From: Octopus sinensis
Taxonomy: Eukaryota
NCBI RefSeq assembly: GCF_006345805.1
Contig: NC_043005.1
Location: 59,024,001-59,088,000, forward strand
Reading direction: 5' to 3'
Length of the DNA stretch: 64,000 nucleotides
Made by a program: the position numbers and the translations under genes. Below the pieces are notes generated by a model. It worked only from the letters and a program-made list of their open reading frames with translations. It had not been told where the DNA came from and searched no databases. Shown piece by piece: positions 1-13,655 of the stretch; within the stretch, counting starts at the first letter, position 1, and every line of letters begins with the position of its first letter.

Positions 1-1290
1 TTCATATTTGAGGGTCCGATGAAGCTATATGTCCAGTCAGCATTACTAGCCGCATCGCCAAACTGATGGAGTCCTGTGTCAGAGAAACACTTTGGAACTT
101 TTGGACTTTTCACAGCCTTAGTCAACCCTCACAATTTGGATTTATCCCCAACTCCAGCTGCTGTGGCCAACACGAGTTTCTTGAGGACATCACCCGAGTT
201 AATGATGTTGACTCATGGATGGAGGTTATCTACCTTGACTTTGCTAACACCTTCGATTTTGTGCCACACAAACGGCTCATGGAAAAACTCTTTGCAAAGA
301 GTGTGAAAGATGAACTCTATAATTGGCTGAAGTCCTTCATTCTTGGTTGGAAAGAGGTAGTTACGGTTCCAGGACATCATTCTTCACCCTACGAGATGAC
401 TTCTGGTGTACCAAAGCGATCCGTTCTTGGACCCCTACTGTTTGTTGCATATATTAATGACATAGATGCCAACTTGAAGAATGTTACGGTGTGGAAATAT
501 GCAGATGATATTAAGCTGTACCTCAAAATAAAAAGAACTGATCCTAAAAGCTATAGAGCTTTCTTGCAATCAGACCTGAACACAATGCAGCAATGGATTT
601 CTGACTGGCAACTAAAGCTAGCTGTGGACAAGTGCATCACCATGCATTTTGGGAGGAAAAATCCAGCCTTTACATACTCCCACAACAATACCAATGTCAA
701 GAAATCTTCTAGTGAACGTGATCTGAGTATTATTGTAAACAGTGATCTGCACTGGACAAGCCACATATCTAAGATTGTCAAGAAAACTGAGGGTGTCCTA
801 GCATCACTTGGTAGGACCTTTGTCAGCCACTCTCCAGCTATCTATTTAAAACTGTGTATCACAATGGTACATCCATATTAGAATTTGTATCACGAGTTTG
901 GAACCTGTATCTTGCTCAGAATATAAATTTCTTGGAAAGGGTTCAGAAACATGCAGCAAAACAAATACCCGCCATCAGGCATCAACCATACTCTGAACGT
1001 CTTGCTTCTCTCAGCATGGATACATTGAAGCTCAGACATCTGGCTACTGACTTGGTAGACACCCATAAGATTATCCACCATCTTTCTAATAACAACCTTA
1101 GGCACCATTTTGAATTCCATATGTCAAACACTTGTGGACATGCTCACAAAATCAAAAAACAACACAGTGCCCATGAATTTCAGAAACAATTTTTCATGGT
1201 CAGAATTGTTGAAGCATGAAATAAACTACCTGCATCACTCGTTAGCTGTTGAGACAGTGCATCCTTCAAAACTTCTGTGCTTCCTGAAAT
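1..1290 (+). mobile_element. CR1-like LINE, 3' RT fragment (frameshifted)
   Basis: PVSITS..KLMES, YLDFANTFDFVPH, SGVPKRSVLGPLLF, YADD, then FLERVQKHAAK and a degraded WNxLP C-terminus across ORFs 66-881 and 854-1219. Confidence 0.9.
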
Positions 1291-1450
1291 CCGCCAACAG
1301 TACACCTGATGATTTTTCATTTTTTTGCTTTAGTTGTAGTTCACCTGAGCACTGTTTAGAACAATTTCTTTCATATATTCAAGTACTCACCTATGTGTCC
1401 ACTGCATCTTATAGCAGAAACAGCTATCTAATTAAGTTCATGATATAATG

Positions 1451-1578
1451 ATTTAATTTGACAAAATATTTTTGTCGTTTTGAGACCATGGCATGTTCAA
1501 TGACAAAATTCTGTCTGGAATTTTGTCAGTGAACATGTCACAGTCTCAAAGCGACGAAAATATTTTGGCAAATTAAAT
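1451..1578. repeat. ~128-bp fold-back palindrome (MITE-like)
   Basis: Arms 1451-1511 and 1518-1578 are reverse complements with ~7 mismatches; 6-nt loop tgtctg; TTAA near both ends. Confidence 0.8.
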
Positions 1579-1737
1579 GTAAATGTTGAAGTGAATCTAA
1601 TGGTTTTTGTGTGTTTTTAAACAGCTTATAAACACCTTCCTTGATGCAACTGTTTTTCTTTCAGTACACGATCTCAGATCAGGTCACTTGCTATGCAAGT
1701 ACATCTCCGAAATACATACATACATATGCATACATAC

Positions 1738-1800
<63 letters not shown>

Positions 1801-2474
1801 GTATATACATGTACATACATACATATATATATATATTATATATATATATCTGAAGTACCTTTTGTCTTTTGGAATTCCTGAATATCTATTCTTTTAGCTT
1901 TTATCCACTGACAAGGCTTTGGTTGGCTTGGCACTATTAGTAGAAGATGCTTTCCCAAGGTGCCACACAGTGAGACTGAATTTGGAAAAATGTGTTTGGG
2001 AAGCAAACTAATTACCACACAGCCATGCTAGCCTTCTGTTTCATTTACAATCAATTAAAGTAACAATTTCTTTAATTCATGAATTCACCTGTTCCAAGTT
2101 TCTAAAATAGATGAAAATTGTACAAATTCTACTTGTAACAAATTAAACGACTTATTTGTTCTTGTATGCTGTAGAGAGCAAGAAGTAAATTATAATTATT
2201 ACTTTCAGTCTGTTGGCTTAAATTGGATGTGCATTTTAATATTTTAATGAAAAGAGTACCTGAAACGAGATAATTAAGGTAAAAAAAAACAATAATGAAA
2301 TCACTAACCAGAATGAAATTTCCCACAACACTAACATTCAAAAAAGTGTTTTTATTCTGACCCTGAAGTTTGTATTGATTTTAATGAAGGTGCAGCTTAT
2401 GAATTTAAATCATAATAGACACTTTCTAACAGGAGACCCTTTCTGCATCAGAAAATTTAATTCATGCTATAATA

Positions 2475-3040
2475 TTGGGTTGTCCGGAAAGTTCATACCG
2501 ATTTATAGTAGCTTACATTTCGACTTATTTTAGAACATGGTTGAGTCCATAAAATAGCATTTGACTACACCTCCATTTAGTGCACAGTTTAAGCTATCTT
2601 TTCATGGAAGTAGGTTTATGTTCCTATAACCTGTGTTAATTCTGTAACCCTTTAAAATGGAAGATAAGAAAGTTCATTTTCGGCACTTGATGCTTTGGGA
2701 ACTAGACAAAAATTGCTGCATCTCGGCTGGGATGTGTTACCCCACCCTCTATATTCACCAGATATTGCTCCTTCAGATTTCCACTTATTCAGGTTTCTGC
2801 GAAATGGACTTAATGGTAAAAATTTCAATTCCTTGGATGACATAAAAAGATACCTTGATGAATTCTTTGCCATGAAACCACCTCAATTCAGGGAAGAAGG
2901 TATTTTCAAGTTAAAGGAAAGATGGAGACACATTGTGCAACAAAATGGTTTATATTTAGTTGATTAAAAAATGTAATGGCAAGTATTTATTGACCTTTTT
3001 CTTGCCTTTAAAATCTGCACGAACTTTCTGGACAACCCAA
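2475..3040 (+). mobile_element. Internally deleted mariner (566 bp)
   Basis: 30-bp TIRs (ttgggttgtccggaaagttc..., 4 mismatches) with TA flanks; N-terminus MEDKKVHFRHLMLWE joined directly to C-terminal LGWDVLPHPLYSPDIAPSDFHLF...ERWRHIVQQNGLY. Confidence 0.92.
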
Positions 3041-3784
3041 TATTTAAGGGTTATTATGTTGAAGACATAGAACAAATGAAAATAATTTTGAGGGAAAGAG
3101 TAACTGTACAATTCTTACTATTACATGCTTGATGGGTTACACACCATAACTATGTTGAAGTGAAAAAATATTTCTATGGTTGGATGCTCTTCTGCTGTTA
3201 ACACTCATTGTTTCCAAACAAGGTGGTATTTACCGCAGTCCTATGAGCAACAAAGAGCTTTGGTATGTTTTTTTCTTTTGCAGGGGATAGCAGGCAAACA
3301 TCACTCTTTATATGCATAGTAACCATTTGTTTGCAATCAGTGCATACATGACAAGGCAGGAGGAATACATATCCAAACACACAAACGGACACAAATGTAG
3401 TCACATGCACAAACACACGCACACATGTCTTTATATAATATATAAATTTATGTGTGTATATATGCATTAATCATCATCATCATCATCATCATCACCACCA
3501 CCACCACCCCATCACAAGTGTGTACATTCTCAGTCGAAAGACATCTATTGTTGTTTGTATTTGTAACTGTGTACTATGAAAGAAGGCCATGAATGAACCA
3601 TCCATTTTTTCCCTGTCCTTCTAATTGTTGTTTCTCCTGTCCGCCTTTGTATCGTCTATCTGTCTGGATGTTTTATTGTCCTCTACAGCATTTTTGTTCC
3701 ATTTTTCATATTTATATATGCATATAGAGGCGTACAAACACACTTGTGGTCACCTTACATATATATATATATATATATATATAT

Positions 3785-4134
<350 letters not shown>

Positions 4135-4659
4135 CTGGCTTTCCCTTACAAGCCCTTGATAGGATTGTAGTCAATTTTCTGTATGTAACTTTAAACCTAA
4201 ATAATAGTCCAATTTGGTTTTTATTATCAGTAACTTTGCTCCTTCGTAGATTAGAAGATCTTGTTTGTCAGTATATCTTATAATAGGATGGTTTTATTGA
4301 TGAGTCTGTCCCCACTGATACCAATTGCTTGTGTAGTACCAACACTGGGGAAGTTACCATGTTCTTGGCAACACTAAAGAATCCTCTTGAACTCTCTATC
4401 CAATGCTGTCTTTGATTGTTGGTCAGCTGTGTGTATTTTATCATGGCATCAGCCCTAGAGTGGCTGTTTTATCCTCTGAAAAATTACAGGATCTGAACTA
4501 CCCTGCTTTGTCTTCATTAGATTAGCCTTACAAACCCTTTTAGTGATTTTGCTTATTGGACTGAGGCCCAGTAGGAATACCACTGTCAAGTGATGTAGTT
4601 AATCATATCAACCTCAGAACTTATTTCAGTTATATCTATTACTATTCATCATCACCATC

Positions 4660-5125
4660 ATCATCATTAAGTGTCCATTTTCCATGCTGGCAGGTATTGG
4701 AGGGCTTGACCGGAACTGGTGAGCTGGAGAGCTGCACCAGACTCTAGTCAGTTTTGGTTTGGTTGCTATGGTTGGATGCCCTTCTTAACTCCAACAACTC
4801 CAGAGAGTCTACCAGGTGCTTTTTGCATGTCACTGGCATAGGCACCTTTTTGTATGTCACTGGCACAGGTACCTTTTATGTGTCAGCTGTACTGGCAAAA
4901 ACTATTATTTCACTTAGTGTGATGTGTTTTCTCAAGCACAGCAAATTGCCTAAAATCTAAAAATCTGAGTGACATGTCATCGCTTCCACGAGACTCAACA
5001 TCCAAAGATCATATTTCACTACCTCATCCCACATCATCCTGGGTCTACCTCTTCCACAGATTCCCTCCACAGTTGGAGATCAGCAGTTCTTTACACAGCA
5101 GTTATTGTCCATACGCAATATCTAT
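4660..5125 (-). mobile_element. RTE-clade LINE 3' end with 3' UTR
   Basis: Minus strand reads ..VEGICGRGRPRMMWDEVVKYDL..FAVLEKT, followed by the 3' UTR ending in (TGA)n. Confidence 0.75.
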
Positions 5126-5159
5126 TAACATTACTTAATATAAAGTTGTATTTTTGATG

Positions 5160-5255
5160 TGAACACATACACACGCACACACACTTACACCACCTATATG
5201 CACATATATATATGTAAGTATATATATGTCTATATATATATTTATATGTAAATGC

Positions 5256-5290
<35 letters not shown>

Positions 5291-5581
5291 TATGTATTTA
5301 TAGATGCATGTATATATACATACACTCACACACACACATATACATACATATATATGTGTGTGTATGTGCGTGTATGTGTGTATGTACAGATATATAGACT
5401 GGTTCATCAGACTTCTGTTGAGCTTCTATCTCCTAAATTGAATTAGCAAGTCATAGGCTAACTTGAGGTTAAAGTAACAGACACTCACCCAAGACGATGA
5501 GCAGTGTGATAAGACCTTTTACTTACATATATACATACATACATACATACATATACATGCATACATATATGTTTGTGTGTG

Positions 5582-5613
<32 letters not shown>

Positions 5614-5675
5614 TACATGCATACACACACATGCACATATATATACACATGTATACATGCGCACACACACATATA

Positions 5676-5745
<70 letters not shown>

Positions 5746-6180
5746 CATACAGACACAGAAACACCACATATATGTAATACATATATCAAATATATAATAT
5801 GCATATATAATATATATACTTATGTATATATACCTAGATATACATTTATTAATATTATATATATATATATATATATAATCATACATGTATATATACATAC
5901 ATATGTGTGTGTGTATATATATATATGCATAAAAAGCAAACGTACTAATATATACACATGCACATATATAAAGATACGTATTTGTAATGATACAGATAAA
6001 TATGGGTATGTGTATAAATGTATATGTATATTTGTGTATATGCATATATATAAATATAAATATATATATATATAAATAAATATATATATATATAATATAA
6101 AATATATATATATGTTTATATGTGTATGTATGTGTGCATGTATTCATACATAAATATATATATATATAAGATATATATAG
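5160..6180. repeat. Compound (TA)n/(CA)n/(TACA)n microsatellite
   Basis: Direct reading; source of ORFs 5135-6147. Confidence 0.95.
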
Positions 6181-6814
6181 GGAGAGGAAGAGTGTGTGAG
6201 AAAGAGGAAGGCAGACAGAATTTACATCTCGTGGGTCATTAAATCAGAACGAATACAGAGATAGATTTATATAATAAATAGATTTATGTAATTATTTTCT
6301 GATATTATTAGCTTCTGAGTGATGTAGCTGAATAGTTTGTAATTAATGTTTTGTGTCATTAACTAAGCTTATCTATCAATTGAACTAAGAGAAAAAATGG
6401 GTAAAAGTAATGAAAATTATCCCCAATTAAATATTTGCTTCACTATATCTTCTTGGCTGTTCTGTCGAATTCAGACTCAAATATCAACACACAAATACAT
6501 ACAACACACACACACACACACACACATGTACACACACAAATACACATTCTTACTTTGTACAGAGACCCCCTCACATTTATATGTGTATGCAAGCACAGAC
6601 ACAAGCGTAGATATATACATATACATGTATGCATGCATATATTCTTTTGTACATAGAAGCACATATCAATGAATACATAGATACATATATAAATACCTAC
6701 ATAGATACATATATAAACTCAGATATGCACATAGATACACACACAATTCAAACTCTACTAAATTCTTATTTAACCAATCAGGTCTTCCACAGCATACTCT
6801 ACATTATTATCATC

Positions 6815-7086
6815 AATGTCCTCCTCCTCCTCCTCCACCACCTCCACCTCCTCCTCCTCCTCTTCCTCTACCTCTACCTACACCCACTTCCTCCTCTCCT
6901 CCTCCTCCTCCTCTTCCTCTTCCTCCTCCTCTTCCTCTTCCTCCTCCTCTTCCTCCTCCTCTTCCTCCTTCTCTTCCTCCTCCTCCTTCTCGTCATCATC
7001 ATCATCATCATCAGCAGCAGTATTATCTTTATTATTATTTTCTAGAGAAGGAAAACTTTTATAAGAATATCAACAAGTGTTATTAC

Positions 7087-7117
<31 letters not shown>

Positions 7118-7120
7118 ATG
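6815..7120. repeat. (CCT)n/(CTT)/(CAT)n/(ATT)n trinucleotide repeats
   Basis: Direct reading. Confidence 0.95.
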
Positions 7121-7528
7121 GACAGTCAAGTTTGGTGAATTAGCAGAAATGGTTAAATGCCAGACTGAGAATTCAATGTGAATTAATCGTATTCAAGCCA
7201 CAGGCAAAGCACCTGTTACTCGTTCCTCACTTGCTTTTCCAATAATGGCTTCAGCGAGGAGTTGTATAAACTTGTAAGAAAGTGGAATGGTCTTTCTGGA
7301 AATGAAACCAGCCATTGAATAACATTTGGTCACTTCATCTTATGTTGCATGTTGTCATTGTGTGGGTATTACCTCCTCCCAGGTCAATTTTAAATGAGTA
7401 AACTAATTTATAGAACCATTCCATTTGTGATTCATCCTGAAATGGTGAACCATGGTACTGTGGTATACCACAAGTGCCACGGGTACCTTGTGGATTTTTT
7501 AAATATAATTTAAGGCTTTAGAAAATAA

Positions 7529-7900
7529 CTAGCAGTATTGCCTGGCGTTGCTCGGGTTTGATTCGACCCTTTAGAATTGGAATTTTTGAAAAGTAAAAAT
7601 TTTGCATTATGTAGCTTGTTATTCTCTTTAAATGAACATTTTTCTGGTTGAAATACACCAAAAAATGGTGACACAGCAGTCAAAAAATCGTAAAAATTAG
7701 GGATTTTCATAGAAATAATTTTTAGTGTTAACATGGTCCGATTTGAATTTTTTCTTCTACGGAAGGAAGAGCAAGCCTTCTTCTATCATACTTTCAATTT
7801 TGGTCAACTTACACTGCAGGGTCTCGGAGGAGATAGTGTTAGTTGAAGGCTACCAAACTTGCCACACACAGACAACGTCTGCTTTATATATATAGAGAGA
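7529..7900 (-). mobile_element. Non-autonomous Helitron, copy 1
   Basis: Minus strand starts TC, ends CTAG after hairpin cccgagcaacgccagg, inserted between A and T; homologous to 16092-16483 and 58765-59156. Confidence 0.88.
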
Positions 7901-7924
7901 TTTATGCTTGCTTCAGCATCTTTA

Positions 7925-8110
7925 CAATTTATCTTTTACTTGTCTCAGTCATTAGACTGTGGCTATACTGGGGCACCGCCTTGAAGAAATTTTGTTATCG
8001 AATTGACCCCTGTGTTTATTTTTTTTAAGGAGGGATACTTATTTTATTGGAGACATTTGCTGAACTGCTAAGTGATGGGGACATAAACACACCAGCACTG
8101 GTTGTTAAGC
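7925..8110 (-). mobile_element. SINE family A, 3' half
   Basis: Reverse complement of the 3' half of the full copy at 61406-61778. Confidence 0.75.
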
Positions 8111-8137
8111 AATGGTGGAGGACACACAAACACAAAG

Positions 8138-8192
<55 letters not shown>

Positions 8193-9445
8193 CACACACA
8201 CACACATATGAGTTAAAGGAAGAGGGAAACAAAATGAAGGCAGAACAAGCTTATCAGATCATTAAAGTTATTTTAATTATTATAATGGTGAATCGAAGTA
8301 AGCAAAAGTAAATAATAATGTCTTGCAGCCCTTTCTGGGATATCCCAGATAATGGATCAACGTATTGATCCACATTTCCATAAATGGGGTATTCTGTCAT
8401 TGGAGACCAAGTATATATGCAAGAAATTTCTATATAGAGATGGGGATAGAAAGTTTGATGTAGAGGAAAATATGAAGATCAAGGCTCATAGTTCATCCTG
8501 ACCCTTGACTTTTCTCCCATTATCTGCATGAGCATTAAGCTGCTAGATCCCATTTTATCAACTGGATGCATTCCTCAATCTGCTTTCTGAACTATGAACT
8601 TACCTGGGATTATTGATAAGGAGGTACACCTTCATGGAAATATGGGTCAACCCCCATACCCTCTAGGTGTGATTTTAGATTAGGTGTGATTTTAGAGAGA
8701 CTTACTTAGTTCTTCTTAAAAGTTAAATAATCTCTTAGTGGCCTTTTTATTAGCTTACTGATTTAGATTTCATGATTTCAAGTAGCTTCTCTGTAGGCTA
8801 AAGTTTCATCATATTTTTGAAGTATCAGTTTCTAGGTAATGGTTTGGAACTTAATACAATATTTGTTCTTTTAAGAATTGAAACTGAATGACTTAAGGTA
8901 TGTTGAGCAGCTTTGCTTTTGTTTGGTTTCCTATAATATTTGATTTAGCTGCAGTAGTAACTAGGGGTTTTCTGCATGTAGGCAAATTAGCACAGTTATT
9001 GGAGCATGAGACAAAGCACTTTGCATCATTTACTTCAGCGCTTTGTATTCTGATTTCAAATTCCCCTGAGATCAACTGTGGTCTTCATCTTCTAGGATCA
9101 ATGAATAAAATGCCAGCCTAGGGCAGTGAACTGTTAGAATCACTTGAGGATTGGATGGGTTGAATTGCTTTACTTCTAGTTTTTTGCTTTCTGAGTTCAA
9201 ATCCAACTTACATGGATAGTAATTGAATTTTTGTCTGGATTACCCTACCACCAAATACTATTACCACTACCAACAAGGTTATTTTTATCAGAGTTCACTT
9301 TGTAGCAAGCATTTGGGTCAGGTCTCTAGTTTAATATACCTTCTTTTGTTCCTCCCGCCTGTACCAAAGGCCCTCTAGAAGGTCATGGACACTGCCTTCC
9401 TCCTTGCCAAGTGATAAAGAAAAGGCAATTTTTCATTACATGGAT

Positions 9446-9718
9446 CAGTGATTCTTAACCAGGGATCATATGAGATTTGGGGTGGGGTGGGGATCCATGC
9501 TAGCAAAGCAGTAAATTGGGGTCTGACAGCAGTATTTGAAGGGTTCATGTAAAGTTTTTATCTAAGTGTATGTATTGAAAGAAAAACTAGGTTTCTTGCC
9601 TCAACAGTTTAGATAGTTCAACTTACACAAGTGAATGAGTGAATAAGAAAATAGGAATTTAGAAAGAAGTATCTATAAAATTATTTTTTACACATCGAAT
9701 GGTTATAGAGAACCACTG
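9446..9718. mobile_element. hAT-like MITE (degraded)
   Basis: Ends cagtgattcttaacc / ggttatagagaaccactg are imperfect CAGTG-type TIRs; putative 8-bp TSD matches only 5/8. Confidence 0.5.
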
Positions 9719-10051
9719 ATATGTAATTCAGTCTGTGTGGATTGTATATCAATCTGGAAAACCAATCTCTCAGGATTCAGACAGCAGGTTCCTGTTTAGG
9801 CATCGAGAGACACTCTTTAGACATTATTGTGACATCTCACTCATTACACTTAATCAAAAAGTGGAATGGTATTGAGATAGAAATTCTGGATGTATTGGAG
9901 CAACAGAAGGGCATAAAAATACCTATCCGTTCTCAGACCCTTCTAACTGTCTGAAAATGATATTGAATGTATTTTATGAACGTACCATTGTTGGGTTTGT
10001 GAAATTACTAAGGGGCTACCCAGGTTTTGTTCATATTCTTTTATTCTTTTG

Positions 10052-10424
10052 TTCTTTTATTTGTTTCAGTCATTTGACTGTGGCCATGCTGGAGCATCGC
10101 CTTTAATCAAGCAAATCGACACCAGGGCTTATTCTTTGTAAGCCTAGTACTTATTCTATCGGTCTCTCTTGCTGAACCGCTAAGTGATGGGGATGTTGTG
10201 AAGCGATATTGAGGGGACAAACAGCCACACAAATATATACATACATATATATATATATATATGACAGGCTTCTTTCAGTTTCCGTCTACCAAATCCACTC
10301 ACAAGGCTTTGGTCGGCTCGAGGCTATAATAGAAGACACTTGCCCAAGGTGCCATGCAGTGGGACTGAACCCGGAACCTTGGGGTTGGTAAGGAAGCTAC
10401 TTACCACACAGCCACTCCTGCGCC
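10052..10424 (-). mobile_element. SINE family A, near full length
   Basis: tRNA-like head (tggctgtgtggtaag / gggttcagtccc), central (TA)n, tail gtcaaatgactgaaacaaataaaag. Confidence 0.85.
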
Positions 10425-11013
10425 TATTATTTAGTACTTTAGTGGACAAGACTAGAGGAGGGTTTGATGTTTCTATAATTCAGTGTTGTAAGTTTTATGA
10501 GTGTCATCTATATGGTATACTTATGGAGAAACCTTTCAGGGACTAACTTACTGGAAGCTAATCTGTATCATTCCTGGCGTACAAAACCTGTAGTGACTTC
10601 GTTAGGAAACTTGTTAAGGACCTCATTAGAAATCTCATTAGTGACTCCAATGATAACCTCATTAGTGATGCAGTTGAGCAGAAATTCACTGAAACTGTTA
10701 CCAATTATAAACGATGAGAATATTTTAAGCATCTCAAAAAACATTTATCTGAACAAAGATGATACACAAATTTGTGAAACTTTCCATATTAAAGGAACAG
10801 GTATGGCTGAGTGATTAAAATGTGGTTTCAGCTTCCATCACACATTCAAGTGTTCTATCTTAGGCAAAGTATCTTCGGCTATAGGCCCAGGCAAACATCA
10901 AGGACTTAGGAGTGAATTTGGTAGCTGGAAACTGTAAGATATCTGCATGCGTGTTTTTGTGTGTGTGTGTGTATGTGTGTGTGTATGTGTTTATGTATAA
11001 ATATATACATATA

Positions 11014-12289
11014 TTGGGTCATATCAGAAATAATGTGTTTTTTTCAATTGGAGGGGGACAGGATAAACTACCTGCATCAACATGCTGTAAAAGCAAGTAG
11101 TAATTTTACCTTGTATTTATTCTTAGAGTAAATTTTGAAGAGTCCAGTTCGATTTTAACAGTTATTTTTTCAAAGCCATAATGGAAGTGACAAAGGAGCA
11201 TATTCATCACATTTTGCTTTACATGTTCAACAAAGGCAACAACACAAGGGAAAATGTGAAGAATATTAATGCAGTGTATGGGGATCGGACAATAAGCATA
11301 AGCCAGTGTCAATGGTGGTTTCAGAAATTCTGAGCTGGAAATAGTATTATCTAGAAACTATTGTCTAGATAAGCTTCATCCTGGAAGATCAGTAAAGCTC
11401 AATAAGGATGTCCTGTAAATGCTGGTGGAACAAAATCCCATTGTAACTGTTGAGGAACTAGCAGAGAAGCTTGGATTTTGTCATTCAACTACTTATCAAC
11501 ACCTTTGTGCCATCAGAAAAATCAGTAAATTGGGTCAGTGGGTTCCTCACAAACTTTCCGAGTCTAGTTGCATGCAAAGAATGAATGTGTGGTCTACTTT
11601 GCTGTCACGTCTCATGAGTGAACCTTTTGTGGACCAAATATTGACTGGTGATGAGAAATGGGATCTCTATAAAAATGTTAAGCACCAAAGACAGTTGGTA
11701 GGGGAAGGAGAAATACAGGCACCCCAGGCTAAAGAATGTCTTGAACCACATAAAGTGTTGTTATTTGTTTGCTGGAATATGAAAGGTTTAGTCCACACTG
11801 AACGTTTAAACCCAAACCATATGGTAACAAAGATCTACTGCAAGCACCTTGGATGGCTTAAATCAGCACTAGAAGGAAAACGACCATCTTTGGTTTCAAG
11901 ACGAAAGGTGTTCTTCCATCAAGATAATGCTTGACTACATACAGAGAGGATGACATTCCAAAGACTTGGGCAGTTTAAATGGGAAACGATACCCTGCCCA
12001 CCATATTCATGGGATATTGCCCCATCTGATTATTATTTATTCTGCAATCTTCAAAATAATTTGGATGGAAAAAATATGAATTCCGTAGATGAGGTTAGAA
12101 CAGTACTGGGGGAGTATTTTTTTATCACAGACAAATGAATTTTGGAAGAGGAGCCTTGCAAGTCTGCCAGATAGATGAAAGGATGTAGAAAATGGAGGGT
12201 ATATTTTAGATTAAAAAACGAACTTTATTTATTTTCATTTTGAAAAATAAAATAAATATATAAAAACTGCATTATTTATGGGATGAACC

Positions 12290-12291
<2 letters not shown>
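11014..12291 (+). mobile_element. Full-length but decayed mariner (DD34D), 1278 bp
   Basis: Degenerate TIRs with TA flanks; WVPHKL, LTGDEKW, FHQDNA, PPYSWDIAPSDYYLF; several stops. Confidence 0.9.
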
Positions 12292-12323
<32 letters not shown>

Positions 12324-12926
12324 AAAGTTATGGAATGGAGTAGGTCAGATCTGGGATACACATATTTCATAGCAGGCAGAACCTCAGAAATGGTAAAAGA
12401 AGGTGTATATCATCGGCTATCCTTCAGGCCAAGGATATCTTGATTAAATTAAAGGTTACATTGTTACAAGGATGCACATGTTGATGCGTTGAAGATTCAA
12501 TGAGAATGTGTAGAGAGTACAGTATGAGAGGAGTATATAAATGTAGGGAGAAATAAGTGTTAGAAGAAGGGAAAAGGGAAAAAAGGGAAAAAGAAGAAAG
12601 TATAAAGGAATGAGAGGAAGGAGAAATTTAAGCAAGGTCATTTGACTGGTAGTAAATAATAGAGTTGTTTTGGCTGAATCACAGAATTTAATAAGGGGAT
12701 TGGTATTGAAGAAAAGATACAATTCAGAGGGAAGTGGATGGAGAAATATTTTTGGTCAAGGGACAGAAAGAAAGTGTGTATGAATAAAGCAAGTGTGAGG
12801 AATTTAAATTTGGTTAGTTTGCTGGTGGCATTCAAAAGACTTTTTTGGCTAAATCACAAAAATTAGTAGGGGAGTGGTATTAGAAAAAAAAATATATGTG
12901 TGAGTGTATTTGTGCATATATATGTA

Positions 12927-13012
<86 letters not shown>

Positions 13013-13017
<5 letters not shown>

Positions 13018-13655
13018 AGAAAGTGAAAAAGGAAAATACACACACTTTACATAGTTTTAATATAATTTTTAATATATCAACAGGTTTTGCAATCGCTATT
13101 CATGATATTATGTTTTGCGTATTTGAATATGTATTTTTTCTTAAGAAGAAATTTTGTCCATGTTGTGTGTGACAATATTTACGAGTGAATGACTTCGCAA
13201 GTAGAAAATAAGGGGAGGTAATTGGTTAACGTTATTATTGTTATTGTTGTGGGTAAGGGAGATAACTGTTCAGCTTTCGGTAATGGGAGGGGAATATAAA
13301 TGTACAGACAAAGACAGGTTTCAAAAAACTTGTTTAGTGAGGAGATTTATGTACAGTGATGTAATCGTGAATTGAAATATGTAAAAAGATAAAAGTTGGT
13401 TATGCGTACATATTAAGACATGTTCTATATTTTTCAATGAAAAAGCTTCTTTATTTAAACGTTCTTGTGGAGAGATTGTCTTTGCACAGGTAGAAGGGGA
13501 ACACTGTGAAATTTGGTTTGATGTTATCTGCACATTTTTCTATATGTTCACTGAGTGGAATTTGCCTGTATTGCGGGAAACGGATTTGCTCTTTATGTAG
13601 AGTGGTTCTCTTTCTCAAGGTCATTCTCGTCTGTCTAATATAGCTGTGTCCACAA
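13013..13655 (-). mobile_element. Penelope-like element, GIY-YIG C-terminus plus 3' UTR (inverted arm)
   Basis: 13400-13655 minus reads CGHSYIRQTRMTLRKRTTLHKEQIRFPQYRQIPLSEHIEKC..FPFYLCKD..FFIEKYRTCLN (one internal stop). Confidence 0.8.

Noticed and set aside
4140-4480. Possible very old minus-strand LINE RT remnant (GISGDRLIN..)
   Set aside because: Too degenerate to support without a profile search
5135-6147. Long ORFs rich in Y/I/H/T/C/V (also 27270-29590, 41157-41889, 53895-54177, 56104-56583)
   Set aside because: Translations of (TA)n, (CA)n and (ATCT)n microsatellites, which lack stops in several frames
8707-9121. Protein-like minus-strand frames with a gtaagt donor
   Set aside because: Stops in all frames and no recognisable homology
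10497-10814. 105-aa ORF in unique-looking sequence
   Set aside because: No motif; contains short ctcattag repeats that keep two frames open; no splice support
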